Positions 50,894 through 59,633 of a DNA stretch of 64,000 bases are shown here, in pieces. The translations under genes were made by a program, and so were the position numbers. The notes beneath the pieces were generated by a model. The model was not told the DNA's origin, made no database searches, and worked only from the letters and a program-made list of their open reading frames with translations. Origin of the DNA: an uncultured Elusimicrobia bacterium (GTDB lineage: Bacteria > Elusimicrobiota > Elusimicrobia > 2-01-FULL-59-12); assembly GCA_963702895.1 (NCBI GenBank), contig OY969767.1:256001-320000 (forward strand), read 5' to 3'. Each line of letters opens with the position of its first letter. Within the stretch, counting starts at the first letter, position 1.

Positions 50894-51169
50894 TCACGCC
50901 GCTGTCAACTCGCGCGCGGCCTGGTCAGTCTCTTTGGCGCAGACAGGAACACAAGACTGGCTATGGAGTGCGGGTGAAAATAATTTTACGCCGCGGAGTT
51001 CATTGTGCAGCCACAGAAAAGGCGTACGACTCCTTGCCGGGGATCGTCCCCACGCCACGATTTTCCAAGAAAGCTCATCCAGGATGACCTCATCTCCCAG
51101 GCGAATCCTGACCCCTTCCAAATACCACAGTTCGTTAAACTCCAGCAAAGCTAACCTTTGTCTCTTCAT
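50894..51169 (-). CDS. Small hypothetical protein
   Basis: RBS ggggg before ATG; lies between a Pho-box-like site and the giant gene. Confidence 0.5.
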   Translation of the reverse strand: MKRQRLALLEFNELWYLEGVRIRLGDEVILDELSWKIVAWGRSPARSRTPFLWLHNELRGVKLFSPALHSQSCVPVCAKETDQAARELTAA

Positions 51170-51301
51170 CTTGACCCCCGATTTTTGGATTACTTCCGTC
51201 GTCGTTCGGCTCAGAAACCAGCGAGGACGTTGCTGAAAATAAGCGGAAGCGAAATACGGATGATTCTAGTTGTTCGGCTATGTCCGGCCTATGGCAAGCG
51301 T

Positions 51302-51329
51302 GTAAATTCGAAGTGACAGCGAATTGACA
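51302..51329 (-). promoter_or_regulatory. Pho-box-like site upstream of the small ORF and giant gene
   Basis: Minus strand TGTCAA-N5-TGTCAC-N5-ATTTAC. Confidence 0.65.
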
Positions 51330-51404
51330 TGTTGAGAGCGCAAAGAGGAGCGACGGGATTGGGGGTGTGTGAGCTTGCCAAAATAAGGACTATTGTATTT
51401 GTCG

Positions 51405-51434
51405 AAGAAAAGTCCCGGTCCCTAAAGACCGGGG
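51405..51434 (-). terminator. Probable intrinsic terminator of the phoBR-Cys-rich transcript
   Basis: cccggtc/gaccggg stem followed on the minus strand by acttttctt. Confidence 0.55.
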
Positions 51435-51463
51435 ATATTCATGGGCGATGGCGGGTGAGGCGA

Positions 51464-51940
51464 TTATTTCATATCGATATCGTCCTCGTGCGCCTGGCTA
51501 CTCGGGGAGATGTTCCCATCATGCTTCTTGCCGCCGTGGGAACGCTTCCCATAGCGCATGGGCTTGCGAAGTATTTCTTTACATCCTGCGGAGATCTTGT
51601 CGTCATAAGCTCTTAAACAGGCAATTTGGCGGCCTTCGCCAGGGGTGACATTCGCGCAATAGCGCTTGATGTCCGCCTGGCAGGCGGCCTGGAGTTCCTT
51701 CCCCCTTTCTTCAAGCCGCTGTTGTCCTTTCGCCATCGTGTGCTTGCAAGGTTCGGAAAGCTCAGGCTCATGAGCTTTCATACAGTCATGGATCGCCCCA
51801 GCGCCTGGCGTGACGTCTCCACAAAGCTTCTTCACATCCTCACGGCAAGCCCCTCCCTCCTCCTCGGCAAAAGCCGGTCGGATCGTCATGACGAGGCCAA
51901 CCGTCAGGCTCATGAGGAACGCCATCATCCTTTTCTTCAT
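51464..51940 (-). CDS. Exported cysteine-rich repeat protein
   Basis: Signal peptide; two 'C..D....C..V.PG.G....C' repeats; RBS ggagg. Confidence 0.8.
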   Translation of the reverse strand: MKKRMMAFLMSLTVGLVMTIRPAFAEEEGGACREDVKKLCGDVTPGAGAIHDCMKAHEPELSEPCKHTMAKGQQRLEERGKELQAACQADIKRYCANVTPGEGRQIACLRAYDDKISAGCKEILRKPMRYGKRSHGGKKHDGNISPSSQAHEDDIDMK

Positions 51941-51979
51941 ACTTACGACCTCCTGGGGTCTGATTGGATCGATATCATC

Positions 51980-53719
51980 TTAGACGGACTTCTGGGAAAG
52001 AAGGTCTTGAGCCAGCGGAAGCGACAATTCAAAGATTGTGCCTTCGTTGAGCGTGCTCTTGACGGTAATGTCACCCTTATGGGCCTCGACCAGGTGCTTC
52101 ACAATCGCAAGGCCAAGCCCTGTCCCAGGAATTTCATGGGAGCGATCTTTGTTTCCCCGATAAAAGCGTTCAAAAATACGCGGTAAATCATCCGGCGCGA
52201 TGCCTCTGCCGGTGTCACGAATTCGTATCGATAAGCGATCGTCATGGGCCGCGGCGCTGACCCAAACCTCTCCGCCCGATTTATTGAACTTGACCGCATT
52301 TTCCAGGAGGTTCATGAAAATCTGGACCAATTTTTCGCGGTCCGCGAGAACCTTGGGGAGCGTTTTGGGAAGATCGACATGGAGAGACACGTTTTTGGCT
52401 TTGGCCATCGGGGTGAGAGCTTTAAGGATGCGTTCGATCGACTCCGCCGGAGCCACAGGCTCCAGGAGATAGCTGACCCGCTCCGCCTCGATCGCCGAGA
52501 GATCCAGCACGTCATCAATCAAGCGGGAAAGATTGTTCGCATGGTCCAGGATGATCTTCGTAAAGTCATGGCTGTTTTTCGGATCCTTGAGCGCCCCCTC
52601 GAGGAGTGTTTCCGCGTAACCCTTAATGGAGGTGAGGGGTGTTTTGAGCTCATGGGAAACATTGGCGACAAACTCCCGCCGGACACCTTCGAGTTTTCGT
52701 AATTCCGTCACATCATGGAGCGCCACCACGGCGCCTGTCTGCCCTTCGCCATAGTTGACAGAGACTGCTTGCAGCGAGACGATGCGTTCCTGCGGCGTAT
52801 GCAGCGTGATCTCCCGGCTTGGCGTTGGTTTCCCGAGGAGCGCTTGCTCCACGAGTTCTGTTAAGGGGCGATGCCTCAGAACCTCGACCAAGGGCCGGCC
52901 TGTGAGCCCTTCAGCTGGCAGATTAAAAAGGGATCGTGCCGACGGGTTTAAAAAGAGCAATCGCCCTTGGTGGTCCACTGCCAAAATGCTCTCCACGAGA
53001 GCGGAAAGGATAGCGTTCTGCTGCCTGCGCTCAAGAGCCAAGTCGCGAACCTTGGTTTCAATGCGGCGTGTCATCTCGTTGTATGTTTTCGCCAAGCGGC
53101 CGAGGTCATCCCCCGGTCCGGATCCGACCAGGGACAGCACGCTTCGGAGCGGTTCGCTGATTTTTCTCATGGTGATCCACGCCACGATCAGCGCAACGAG
53201 GAACGCGACGGCGCCCGCCATGAGCAAGTTCTTTTGAAATGAAAAAAGCCTCTGCTGGACTTCGGTCAGCGGCAAGGCAAGGCGCAGGACCCCTTTTCCT
53301 TGGGATAAGGGAAGGGCCACATAAAGCATGTCTTGACGAAGCGTCCTGCTGTGGCGGAGGGATTGACCTTGTCCTTGAGCGAGGGCAGCCTGAACCTCGG
53401 GCCGCGTCGCATGATTGTCCATGAGCAGCACTTCATCCCTTGATTTTTCTGAATCTGCTTGGACGGTTCCATCCGCACCGATCACCGTAATGCGACAGCC
53501 GGTCAGGCCCGCCTCGGATTTGGACCATTCTGTCAAAGCTTGCGGATCCTGGGGAAGCGTCTTGGCGAGAAGGCGGACCTGCGTGGCGAGGGATTGCTCG
53601 AGGTGTCGAAGATAGGTCGCTTTCAGGAGTGGCAACAAAGGAATGGCTGCGCAGGCCAGGGTCACCACCACCACGAAGAAATAACTCGCCGTGAGGCGTT
53701 TAAAAAAGGAAATTCTCAT
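51980..53719 (-). CDS. phoR: Phosphate sensor histidine kinase PhoR
   Basis: Two TMs, 'DNHATRPEV' extracytoplasmic domain, PAS, 'FVANVSHELKTPLT', 'FERFYR', 'GTGLGLAI'. Confidence 0.9.
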   Translation of the reverse strand: MRISFFKRLTASYFFVVVVTLACAAIPLLPLLKATYLRHLEQSLATQVRLLAKTLPQDPQALTEWSKSEAGLTGCRITVIGADGTVQADSEKSRDEVLLMDNHATRPEVQAALAQGQGQSLRHSRTLRQDMLYVALPLSQGKGVLRLALPLTEVQQRLFSFQKNLLMAGAVAFLVALIVAWITMRKISEPLRSVLSLVGSGPGDDLGRLAKTYNEMTRRIETKVRDLALERRQQNAILSALVESILAVDHQGRLLFLNPSARSLFNLPAEGLTGRPLVEVLRHRPLTELVEQALLGKPTPSREITLHTPQERIVSLQAVSVNYGEGQTGAVVALHDVTELRKLEGVRREFVANVSHELKTPLTSIKGYAETLLEGALKDPKNSHDFTKIILDHANNLSRLIDDVLDLSAIEAERVSYLLEPVAPAESIERILKALTPMAKAKNVSLHVDLPKTLPKVLADREKLVQIFMNLLENAVKFNKSGGEVWVSAAAHDDRLSIRIRDTGRGIAPDDLPRIFERFYRGNKDRSHEIPGTGLGLAIVKHLVEAHKGDITVKSTLNEGTIFELSLPLAQDLLSQKSV

Positions 53720-54408
53720 TCTGTATCAAATCGGTAGCCGACGTTCTTGACGGTAATGACTCGCTTGGCTTCCAATCCCAGCTTATCACGCAGGCGGGCG
53801 ATGTGCTGATCGATCGTGCGAGTATCGATTTCAAAGGAGGGGTCATGGCCCCAAACCTTTTCCAGTAGCTGGTCGCGCGTGAGCGCCTTGCCACGGGCTT
53901 GGGCCAGAATTTTCAGGAACTCAAATTCTTTCGAACTCAAGGCCACAGGTTTTCCTTTGACCATCACGGTATAGCGCGAAAAATCAATTTCTAGGGCGCC
54001 GGCCTTGATGGAAGAAGTGGAGATTTCCGATGTCATCTTCGACCTGCGCAGCACCGTCTTGACGCGAGCCAGAAGCTCACGCACGCTAAACGGCTTGGTC
54101 ATATAATCATCCGCGCCCAATTCGAGGCCTAAGATGCGGTCCACTTCCTCTTTTTTGGCCGTGAGCATGATGATGGGGACATGGGATTCGTTCCGAAGGG
54201 CCCGGCAGACCTGCATGCCGTCCATTCGAGGGAGCATCAAGTCCAGGATGAGCAGATCAGGGCGTTCCTCTCTTGCTAGTTCGAGGCCGGCTTGTCCGTC
54301 CAAGGCCGTTAGGACGCTGTAGCCTTCCTTCTCAAGGTTGTATTTTAAGAGTCGGACGATATCTTTTTCGTCCTCAATGACCAGGATCTTAGGTTTCATG
54401 CGGCTCAT
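53716..54408 (-). CDS. phoB: OmpR-family response regulator PhoB/PhoP
   Basis: Receiver 'LDLMLP', 'GADDYMTKPF', winged helix 'RTIDQHIARLRDKL'; adjacent to phoR and the pst genes. Confidence 0.88.
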   Translation of the reverse strand: MSRMKPKILVIEDEKDIVRLLKYNLEKEGYSVLTALDGQAGLELAREERPDLLILDLMLPRMDGMQVCRALRNESHVPIIMLTAKKEEVDRILGLELGADDYMTKPFSVRELLARVKTVLRRSKMTSEISTSSIKAGALEIDFSRYTVMVKGKPVALSSKEFEFLKILAQARGKALTRDQLLEKVWGHDPSFEIDTRTIDQHIARLRDKLGLEAKRVITVKNVGYRFDTE

Positions 54409-54435
54409 GAATTTTACATAAGTTACCTCTTGGGC

Positions 54436-54452
54436 ATGACAATGGTATGACA
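54436..54452 (-). promoter_or_regulatory. Pho box upstream of phoB (autoregulation)
   Basis: Minus strand TGTCAT-accat-TGTCAT. Confidence 0.8.
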
Positions 54453-54479
54453 GAATTCTGGGAGCGCTCTGCTCAAGGA

Positions 54480-54703
54480 ATAGGCCGCTATCTTGTAGTC
54501 AGGGCGAGAAGGTGATTCCGAGTTCGGGGAGGAGCTCACGGCCAACGTCGAGTGCGTCTTCTGGCGCGGTGTCGCTCCTTGCGTGTTTTTCGTTTACATG
54601 ACGAGCCGCGCGATGGAGTTCACGAAAAGACTCATGAAGATGATCAACGCGGCATGCAACGAGGCTTGCCCCCAACCGAGCGCTCCTTCGAGGCCCCTCG
54701 ACC
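54480..54703 (-). pseudogene. Relic of the 3' end of the PAS-PAS-6TM gene
   Basis: Colinear at constant 2470-bp offset with 56950-57173; translates SRGLEGALGWGQASLHAALIIFMSLFVNSIARLVM* ... KIAA; TAA at 54594-54596 where the intact gene has CAA. Confidence 0.9.
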
Positions 54704-54782
54704 CAGGGCGTGCACGGTCTCCCAGGGCTCTCCATCCGGACTGTTGCCGCGCGATGATCTATAATTTCGCCACATTCATCTC

Positions 54783-56945
54783 ATGACGGCATTTTTTTCC
54801 CTCACGATCTTCTGCAGTGCCTTTTTGCTCTTCTGTGTGCAGCCCATGCTGGCGAAGATGATCCTTCCTTTTCTGGGAGGATCGCCCCAGGTATGGAACA
54901 CCTGCATGGTGTTCTTTCAGACGGTTCTTCTGGCAGCCTATGCCTATGTCTATGTCCTGAGCTCCCGGGCGTCCGTTCGTCGACAGATCCTGGCGCATTG
55001 CTTTCTCATGCTCATGGCGCTTTGGGCACTTCCCGCGCTCTTTTCGAAGGATCTATACCCTCTGGTGGGCGCGAACCCAACGCTCTGGCTTCTCCAGAGG
55101 CTTGCCCTCTGGATCGGGGCGCCGTTCTTTGTAATCTCCGCGACCGCTCCGCTTCTGCAGAGTTGGTTTTCCCGTACGGATCACGCGCGCAGTCGCGATC
55201 CTTACTTCCTCTACAGCGCCAGCAACGCGGGCAGTTTGCTGGGCCTCTTGTCCTATCCCTTTCTCATCGAGCGCTATAGCGCACTCCGTGCTCAAAACAC
55301 GGGCTGGCGCATGGGATTTGTGGCGCTCATGATCGGAGTGGGGCTATGCGGCCTGTGGTCGATCCTTCGAGCCAAAGCGCCTTCTGTCAATGAGGGGATA
55401 AGTCCGCAAACCGATCCTCCCTTACGATCGACGCTGCCGATGCGGTTCCGATGGGTCCTCCTGGCCTTTGTTCCTTCCAGCTGGATGCTCAGCGTCACCA
55501 CGTATCTGACCACAGACGTCGCCTCGATCCCGCTTTTCTGGGTCATACCCTTGGCGATCTATTTAGTGACTTTGATTTGGGCCTTTTCAGGAAGGCATGA
55601 CGAACTGGGCAGAAAGGCTGTCATTCGTTGGACTCCCATCGTCCTGTTGCCCCTCGTCTATACCATGGTGGGAGAGGCCATCGGATCACTGAAAATTCTG
55701 GCCCCCCTTCACTTGCTGGCCTTTTTCCTGGGTGCGCTCCTGTGCCACCAGGAGCTTGCTCTGAAGCGGCCTCCCGTGTCTTTGCTGGCGGAGTACTATC
55801 TTTGGATCTCGCTAGGGGGCGCCTTGGGAGGGCTGGCGAATGCTCTTGTTGCGCCACAAATTTTCCCCGGCATTTGGGAATACCCCCTGATTCTGATCGT
55901 TGCCTTCGCCTTAGTGAAGAGAAATCCGTCCTGGGAGGCCATTCCTTCCAGACGAAAGGACATTCTCTACCCTATCCTGCTGGTCGCGTTCGCGTGGGGT
56001 CTCATTGAGATAGTGGAGAGCCGATTCGCGTTTGGCCTGGCGATCGCGGCATGCATCAGCTTCATACGAAGCCCTTTGCGATTGGCCTTGGGTGTGATGG
56101 GCTTATTTTGGGTGGCATTCTTTCACGAAGGCACACAGAAGCTCACGATTCATCGCGAGCGGACATTTTTTGGCGTTTATAAAATCACGCATACAAAGGA
56201 CTATGAGTATCGCCAGCTCATCCATGGGACCACCCTGCACGGTTCCCAGAGCCTCCGGCCCGCCATGATGGATTTTCCTGCGGACTACTATCACGCGGAT
56301 GGTCCGGCGGGCCAGGTCTTTCGCGCCTATAAGAAGACCTCAATGGGCAGGGATGCGGCGGCGATAGGGCTCGGGACGGGGAGTCTCGTGAAGTACGGAA
56401 AACCGGGAGGGACTTGGACTTTTTATGAAATTGACCCGGCGGTCGAGCGCATAGCGCGCCATCCAAAATATTTCACCTACCTGAAGCGAAGCCCGGTCCC
56501 TTTCCAGGTGATTCTGGGCGATGCCCGTCTTTCCCTGCGGGAGGCTCCATCGGAAGCCTACTCGATGATGATTATCGATGCCTTTGGATCAGACGCGATT
56601 CCTGTCCATTTGCTCACCCTGGAGGCCATGGAACTCTATCTTTCGAAATTGAAGCCAGGGGGTCTTCTGCTCTATCACATCAGCAATCGGCATCTGGATC
56701 TGTCGCCTGTGATCGGAAACCTGGCCCACAAGCTTCGATGCGTGGCACTCCGGCAAAGAGATCAGGAAGAGCGAATCATCAATGCTCGGGGTCTCAAGTC
56801 TTCTTCCGATTGGATTGTTGTGGCGCGCGACCGGAAGGACTTAGCGCTCTTAAGCCATGATTCGCGATGGAAGTTCTTGCTCGATCAGCCAGGGCACCGC
56901 TTGTGGACGGATGATTATTCCAACGTGATCGGGGTACTGAAATAA
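54783..56945 (+). CDS. Fused membrane/spermidine-synthase-like SAM methyltransferase protein
   Basis: 'LLFCVQPMLAK..LPFLGGSPQVWNTC', many TMs, 'HGTTLHG', 'IGLGTGSL', 'YEIDP', 'GDAR', 'DAFGSD', 'WTDDYSN'. Confidence 0.88.
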   Translation: MTAFFSLTIFCSAFLLFCVQPMLAKMILPFLGGSPQVWNTCMVFFQTVLLAAYAYVYVLSSRASVRRQILAHCFLMLMALWALPALFSKDLYPLVGANPTLWLLQRLALWIGAPFFVISATAPLLQSWFSRTDHARSRDPYFLYSASNAGSLLGLLSYPFLIERYSALRAQNTGWRMGFVALMIGVGLCGLWSILRAKAPSVNEGISPQTDPPLRSTLPMRFRWVLLAFVPSSWMLSVTTYLTTDVASIPLFWVIPLAIYLVTLIWAFSGRHDELGRKAVIRWTPIVLLPLVYTMVGEAIGSLKILAPLHLLAFFLGALLCHQELALKRPPVSLLAEYYLWISLGGALGGLANALVAPQIFPGIWEYPLILIVAFALVKRNPSWEAIPSRRKDILYPILLVAFAWGLIEIVESRFAFGLAIAACISFIRSPLRLALGVMGLFWVAFFHEGTQKLTIHRERTFFGVYKITHTKDYEYRQLIHGTTLHGSQSLRPAMMDFPADYYHADGPAGQVFRAYKKTSMGRDAAAIGLGTGSLVKYGKPGGTWTFYEIDPAVERIARHPKYFTYLKRSPVPFQVILGDARLSLREAPSEAYSMMIIDAFGSDAIPVHLLTLEAMELYLSKLKPGGLLLYHISNRHLDLSPVIGNLAHKLRCVALRQRDQEERIINARGLKSSSDWIVVARDRKDLALLSHDSRWKFLLDQPGHRLWTDDYSNVIGVLK

Positions 56946-56949
56946 GGTC

Positions 56950-58284
56950 TTAAGCGGCGATTTTATTTCCGGAATCGGAGGCGGGTTCTGCCTTCACCAA
57001 AGGATCACCAACCAAGCCAAGGCGCTGCTTCTGGGGAGGTGCCACGGCTTGCGGGTTTTTCATTTGCATGACCAGGCGCGCGATGGAGTTCACGAAGAGA
57101 CTGATGAACATGATGAAAGCGGCATGCAAAGACGCTTGCCCCCACCCGACCGGGCCTTCGAGGCCTCTGGACCAGTAAATTCCTAAGAGAGCCGCCGATG
57201 AAAGGGCGGCCGTGATGAGCGTCCGCTTCTGGCTCGCATAGAGAGCGGTCGCCACGGGCGTCAGCACAAAGAGCAGCCACATCGGCCCCCAGAATGTCCC
57301 CAGCAGATAGACCAAGAGAACATTGGCCAGAAAATTGGTGACGAGGCGCGTATTGCCAACCGGCACGGCCCATTCCACTTTCTTCTTGGCGAGATAAGCC
57401 GACATCTCATTAAAAATCCCCAGAAAGACGACCAGACCCACCGCTGTCCACTTCGTTTTGGCCTCGGCAAAGCCAAGGAAAAGCGAAGAAACCACAAGGC
57501 TCAGGGCAAAAGGCGTAAAGAAGCGGTCGACGATGCGAATGAATTCGGCCTTGAGTGGAAGCGGGATATACCGGGTGATGTCCTGGAAAGTCATCCCGAC
57601 GCCGATAGGCTGTCCCTGAGGGTTTCTGAGAATTAACGTTCCATAGCCCAGCGTGACTTTTTCGCCATCCGGCTTGCGCGTGGTGATCTCCTGGCGGTTC
57701 ACGGCATTCAGGTTTTCGCAGGTGGCCAGCAGCACCCGGTAGACCTGCGGGTGTTCCGAGAGCGCCCGATGGCAGGCTTCACCAGGCTCCAAGTCGCTTT
57801 TAAGGCCAAGAATCTTTCGCGCCATTTCGTTGACGCCTCGTATGCGCCCCTGGACATCGACAAAAATCAAGCCGCCCGGCATGTTTTTTAGAGCGATATT
57901 TAAAAACTTCTCAGAGTCCATAAGAGGAATGAGGCGCGTGATGTCCTGAAAGGTCATGGCGACGCCAAAGGGTTCACTCGACGCGTTTTTCATGATCACG
58001 GTGCTGTAGCCGATGACCATGGATTGGCCATCGGGCCTCTGGGTCACGAGCTCCTGACGCGAAGCCCCTGTCAGCTCGGTGCAGGTACTCAAGAGCATTT
58101 TGACGATCTTGGGATATGGGTCCAGCGCTGTTTTAATATGGTCACCGGCACAAACATTTCCGGTCAAGCCCAGGAGCAGTTCGGCTGTCTCATTGATCGC
58201 TCGGATCCGGCCGCGGAGGTCGATCAAGATCAATCCGCCGGGCAGGTTTTTAAAGGCAGCATCCAGAAATTGCTGATTGTCCAT
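56950..58284 (-). CDS. Tandem-PAS protein with C-terminal ~6-TM domain and no output domain
   Basis: Two similar PAS repeats ('KN(L/M)PGGLI..D..GRIR..N...QDITR'), hydrophobic C-terminus; RBS ggagg before ATG 58284. Confidence 0.8.
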   Translation of the reverse strand: MDNQQFLDAAFKNLPGGLILIDLRGRIRAINETAELLLGLTGNVCAGDHIKTALDPYPKIVKMLLSTCTELTGASRQELVTQRPDGQSMVIGYSTVIMKNASSEPFGVAMTFQDITRLIPLMDSEKFLNIALKNMPGGLIFVDVQGRIRGVNEMARKILGLKSDLEPGEACHRALSEHPQVYRVLLATCENLNAVNRQEITTRKPDGEKVTLGYGTLILRNPQGQPIGVGMTFQDITRYIPLPLKAEFIRIVDRFFTPFALSLVVSSLFLGFAEAKTKWTAVGLVVFLGIFNEMSAYLAKKKVEWAVPVGNTRLVTNFLANVLLVYLLGTFWGPMWLLFVLTPVATALYASQKRTLITAALSSAALLGIYWSRGLEGPVGWGQASLHAAFIMFISLFVNSIARLVMQMKNPQAVAPPQKQRLGLVGDPLVKAEPASDSGNKIAA

Positions 58285-58482
58285 CCCATCCTCCGTATAA
58301 GCCCCTTGAGGGGGCGGGCATCGCTGGGATGGTCCCGACCCCTCGAGTCCTGTTGGGGACGGGACCATGACTGAGGGGAGTCTATCTCCCGCGTAGAAAG
58401 CACGCAATGGAGAATGTGGGGTCTTAAGGGATGTTAACTTCTTAGACGGAGAAGCAAGTTGCGTTGAGATGCGGCAGGAGGG

Positions 58483-59208
58483 TTAAAGGATGCAGGAGGC
58501 TGGCAGGTGCAGCGTAAAACGGGTCCATTTGCCTTCTTCGGACTCGACATGGATGGAGCCGCCATGCAATTCAAGGATCCGCTTGCAGATCCAAAGGCCA
58601 AGGCCGGTGCCGTGCTTGCGGTCTTTGGTCGGAACCGCTTGAATGAACTTTTGAAACAGTTTCGAGAGTTCTTCCTTGGGGATGCCGCGGCCGGTGTCCT
58701 GCACGACGAGGTCCAAACCGTCGCCGTGGAGCTCCACGCCGATGGTCACTTTCCCATGGTCCGGCGTGAACTTGTAGGCATTCCAGATGAGGTTGTTCAG
58801 AACGCGCTTCATCCAGAAGGTGTCGATGATCAGCTTTTTCCCGAAGGTGTTGCCGTCGCGATAAATCGCCATCTCGCGTTGTTTGAAGGCAGCGGAATAA
58901 AAATCGATGGTCTCCGCGAGCAGCTTGTCGAGGTCCGTCTGTTCCTTGTTGAGCTTGACGTCGCTGTTCTCGAGCGTGGAGGACTGCAAAAGGTTTTCCG
59001 TCATGAGAATGAGGTCTTCCAGGGGAGGCACAGAGCGCTGCAGGAGGACCATCTGCTCTGGATTGAGGCAGCCCATCAGGCCGCTTAAGAGGAGCTGGAG
59101 ATTCCCTTTGATGACCGTTAAAGGTGTGCGCAGATCATGCACGACGCTTTGAACAGCGTCCTGTCGCATGAGGTTTGAGGCTGGCGATGCCGTGTTCCCG
59201 TATAACAT
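58483..59208 (-). CDS. Sensor-less histidine kinase (HisKA + HATPase only)
   Basis: 'VHDLRTPL', 'NLIWNAYKFT', 'DTGRGI', 'GTGLGL'; only about 20 aa precede the H-box. Confidence 0.88.
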   Translation of the reverse strand: MLYGNTASPASNLMRQDAVQSVVHDLRTPLTVIKGNLQLLLSGLMGCLNPEQMVLLQRSVPPLEDLILMTENLLQSSTLENSDVKLNKEQTDLDKLLAETIDFYSAAFKQREMAIYRDGNTFGKKLIIDTFWMKRVLNNLIWNAYKFTPDHGKVTIGVELHGDGLDLVVQDTGRGIPKEELSKLFQKFIQAVPTKDRKHGTGLGLWICKRILELHGGSIHVESEEGKWTRFTLHLPASCIL

Positions 59209-59242
59209 ATATCTTTCCTTGCACTGAGGTTATCAGAGGCAT

Positions 59243-59259
59243 GTTACGGTGATGTGACG
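59243..59259 (-). promoter_or_regulatory. Pho-box-like site upstream of the sensor-less kinase
   Basis: Minus strand CGTCAC-N5-CGTAAC, then 10 nt to TAACCT. Confidence 0.55.
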
Positions 59260-59394
59260 ATCAGGTAAACGCTATGTTAAATGTCGGCGAAGAAACTGTC
59301 ATGGACTGCCTTCTGGCGAGCGAAGCGTTTTTTTCTTTGAATAGAAGGAGAAATAACGGTCCCTGGACGATTAGCCGGGAAAGCTTAGTTAGGC

Positions 59395-59527
59395 CGTCAC
59401 CCCGGCGGTCGTCAGCCGGCCCTCCACACATCCGGCGGGCCGGGTCGCCAGGTGTGTGGAGACCCGGGGTCTATCATCGTCGTAAGAGGAATGATGGATC
59501 CCCCCCTTACGGCCGGGGGGGATGACG
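59395..59527 (+). repeat. Palindromic REP-like element, family A copy 4 (with nested hairpin)
   Basis: Closely matches copy 3 except for a 44-bp insert at 59420-59463. Confidence 0.85.
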
Positions 59528-59633
59528 GCACAGAAAAGTGCATCAGGGCCGGAGGATAAAGCTCTTCCAAAGGATGATTTCGGGTTAGAAGACCTCGTTA
59601 TGACATCTGGGGGAAGACTTTTCGGGGATTTTA

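Noticed and set aside
54499..54786. Short ORFs in the phoB upstream gap
   Set aside because: Explained by the pseudogene relic, which is read in a different frame
58325..58391. Hairpins (atggtcccg..cgggaccat; ggggag..ctcccc) upstream of the PAS gene as a riboswitch
   Set aside because: The structure is real but no recognisable aptamer consensus is present; a function cannot be supported without a covariance search
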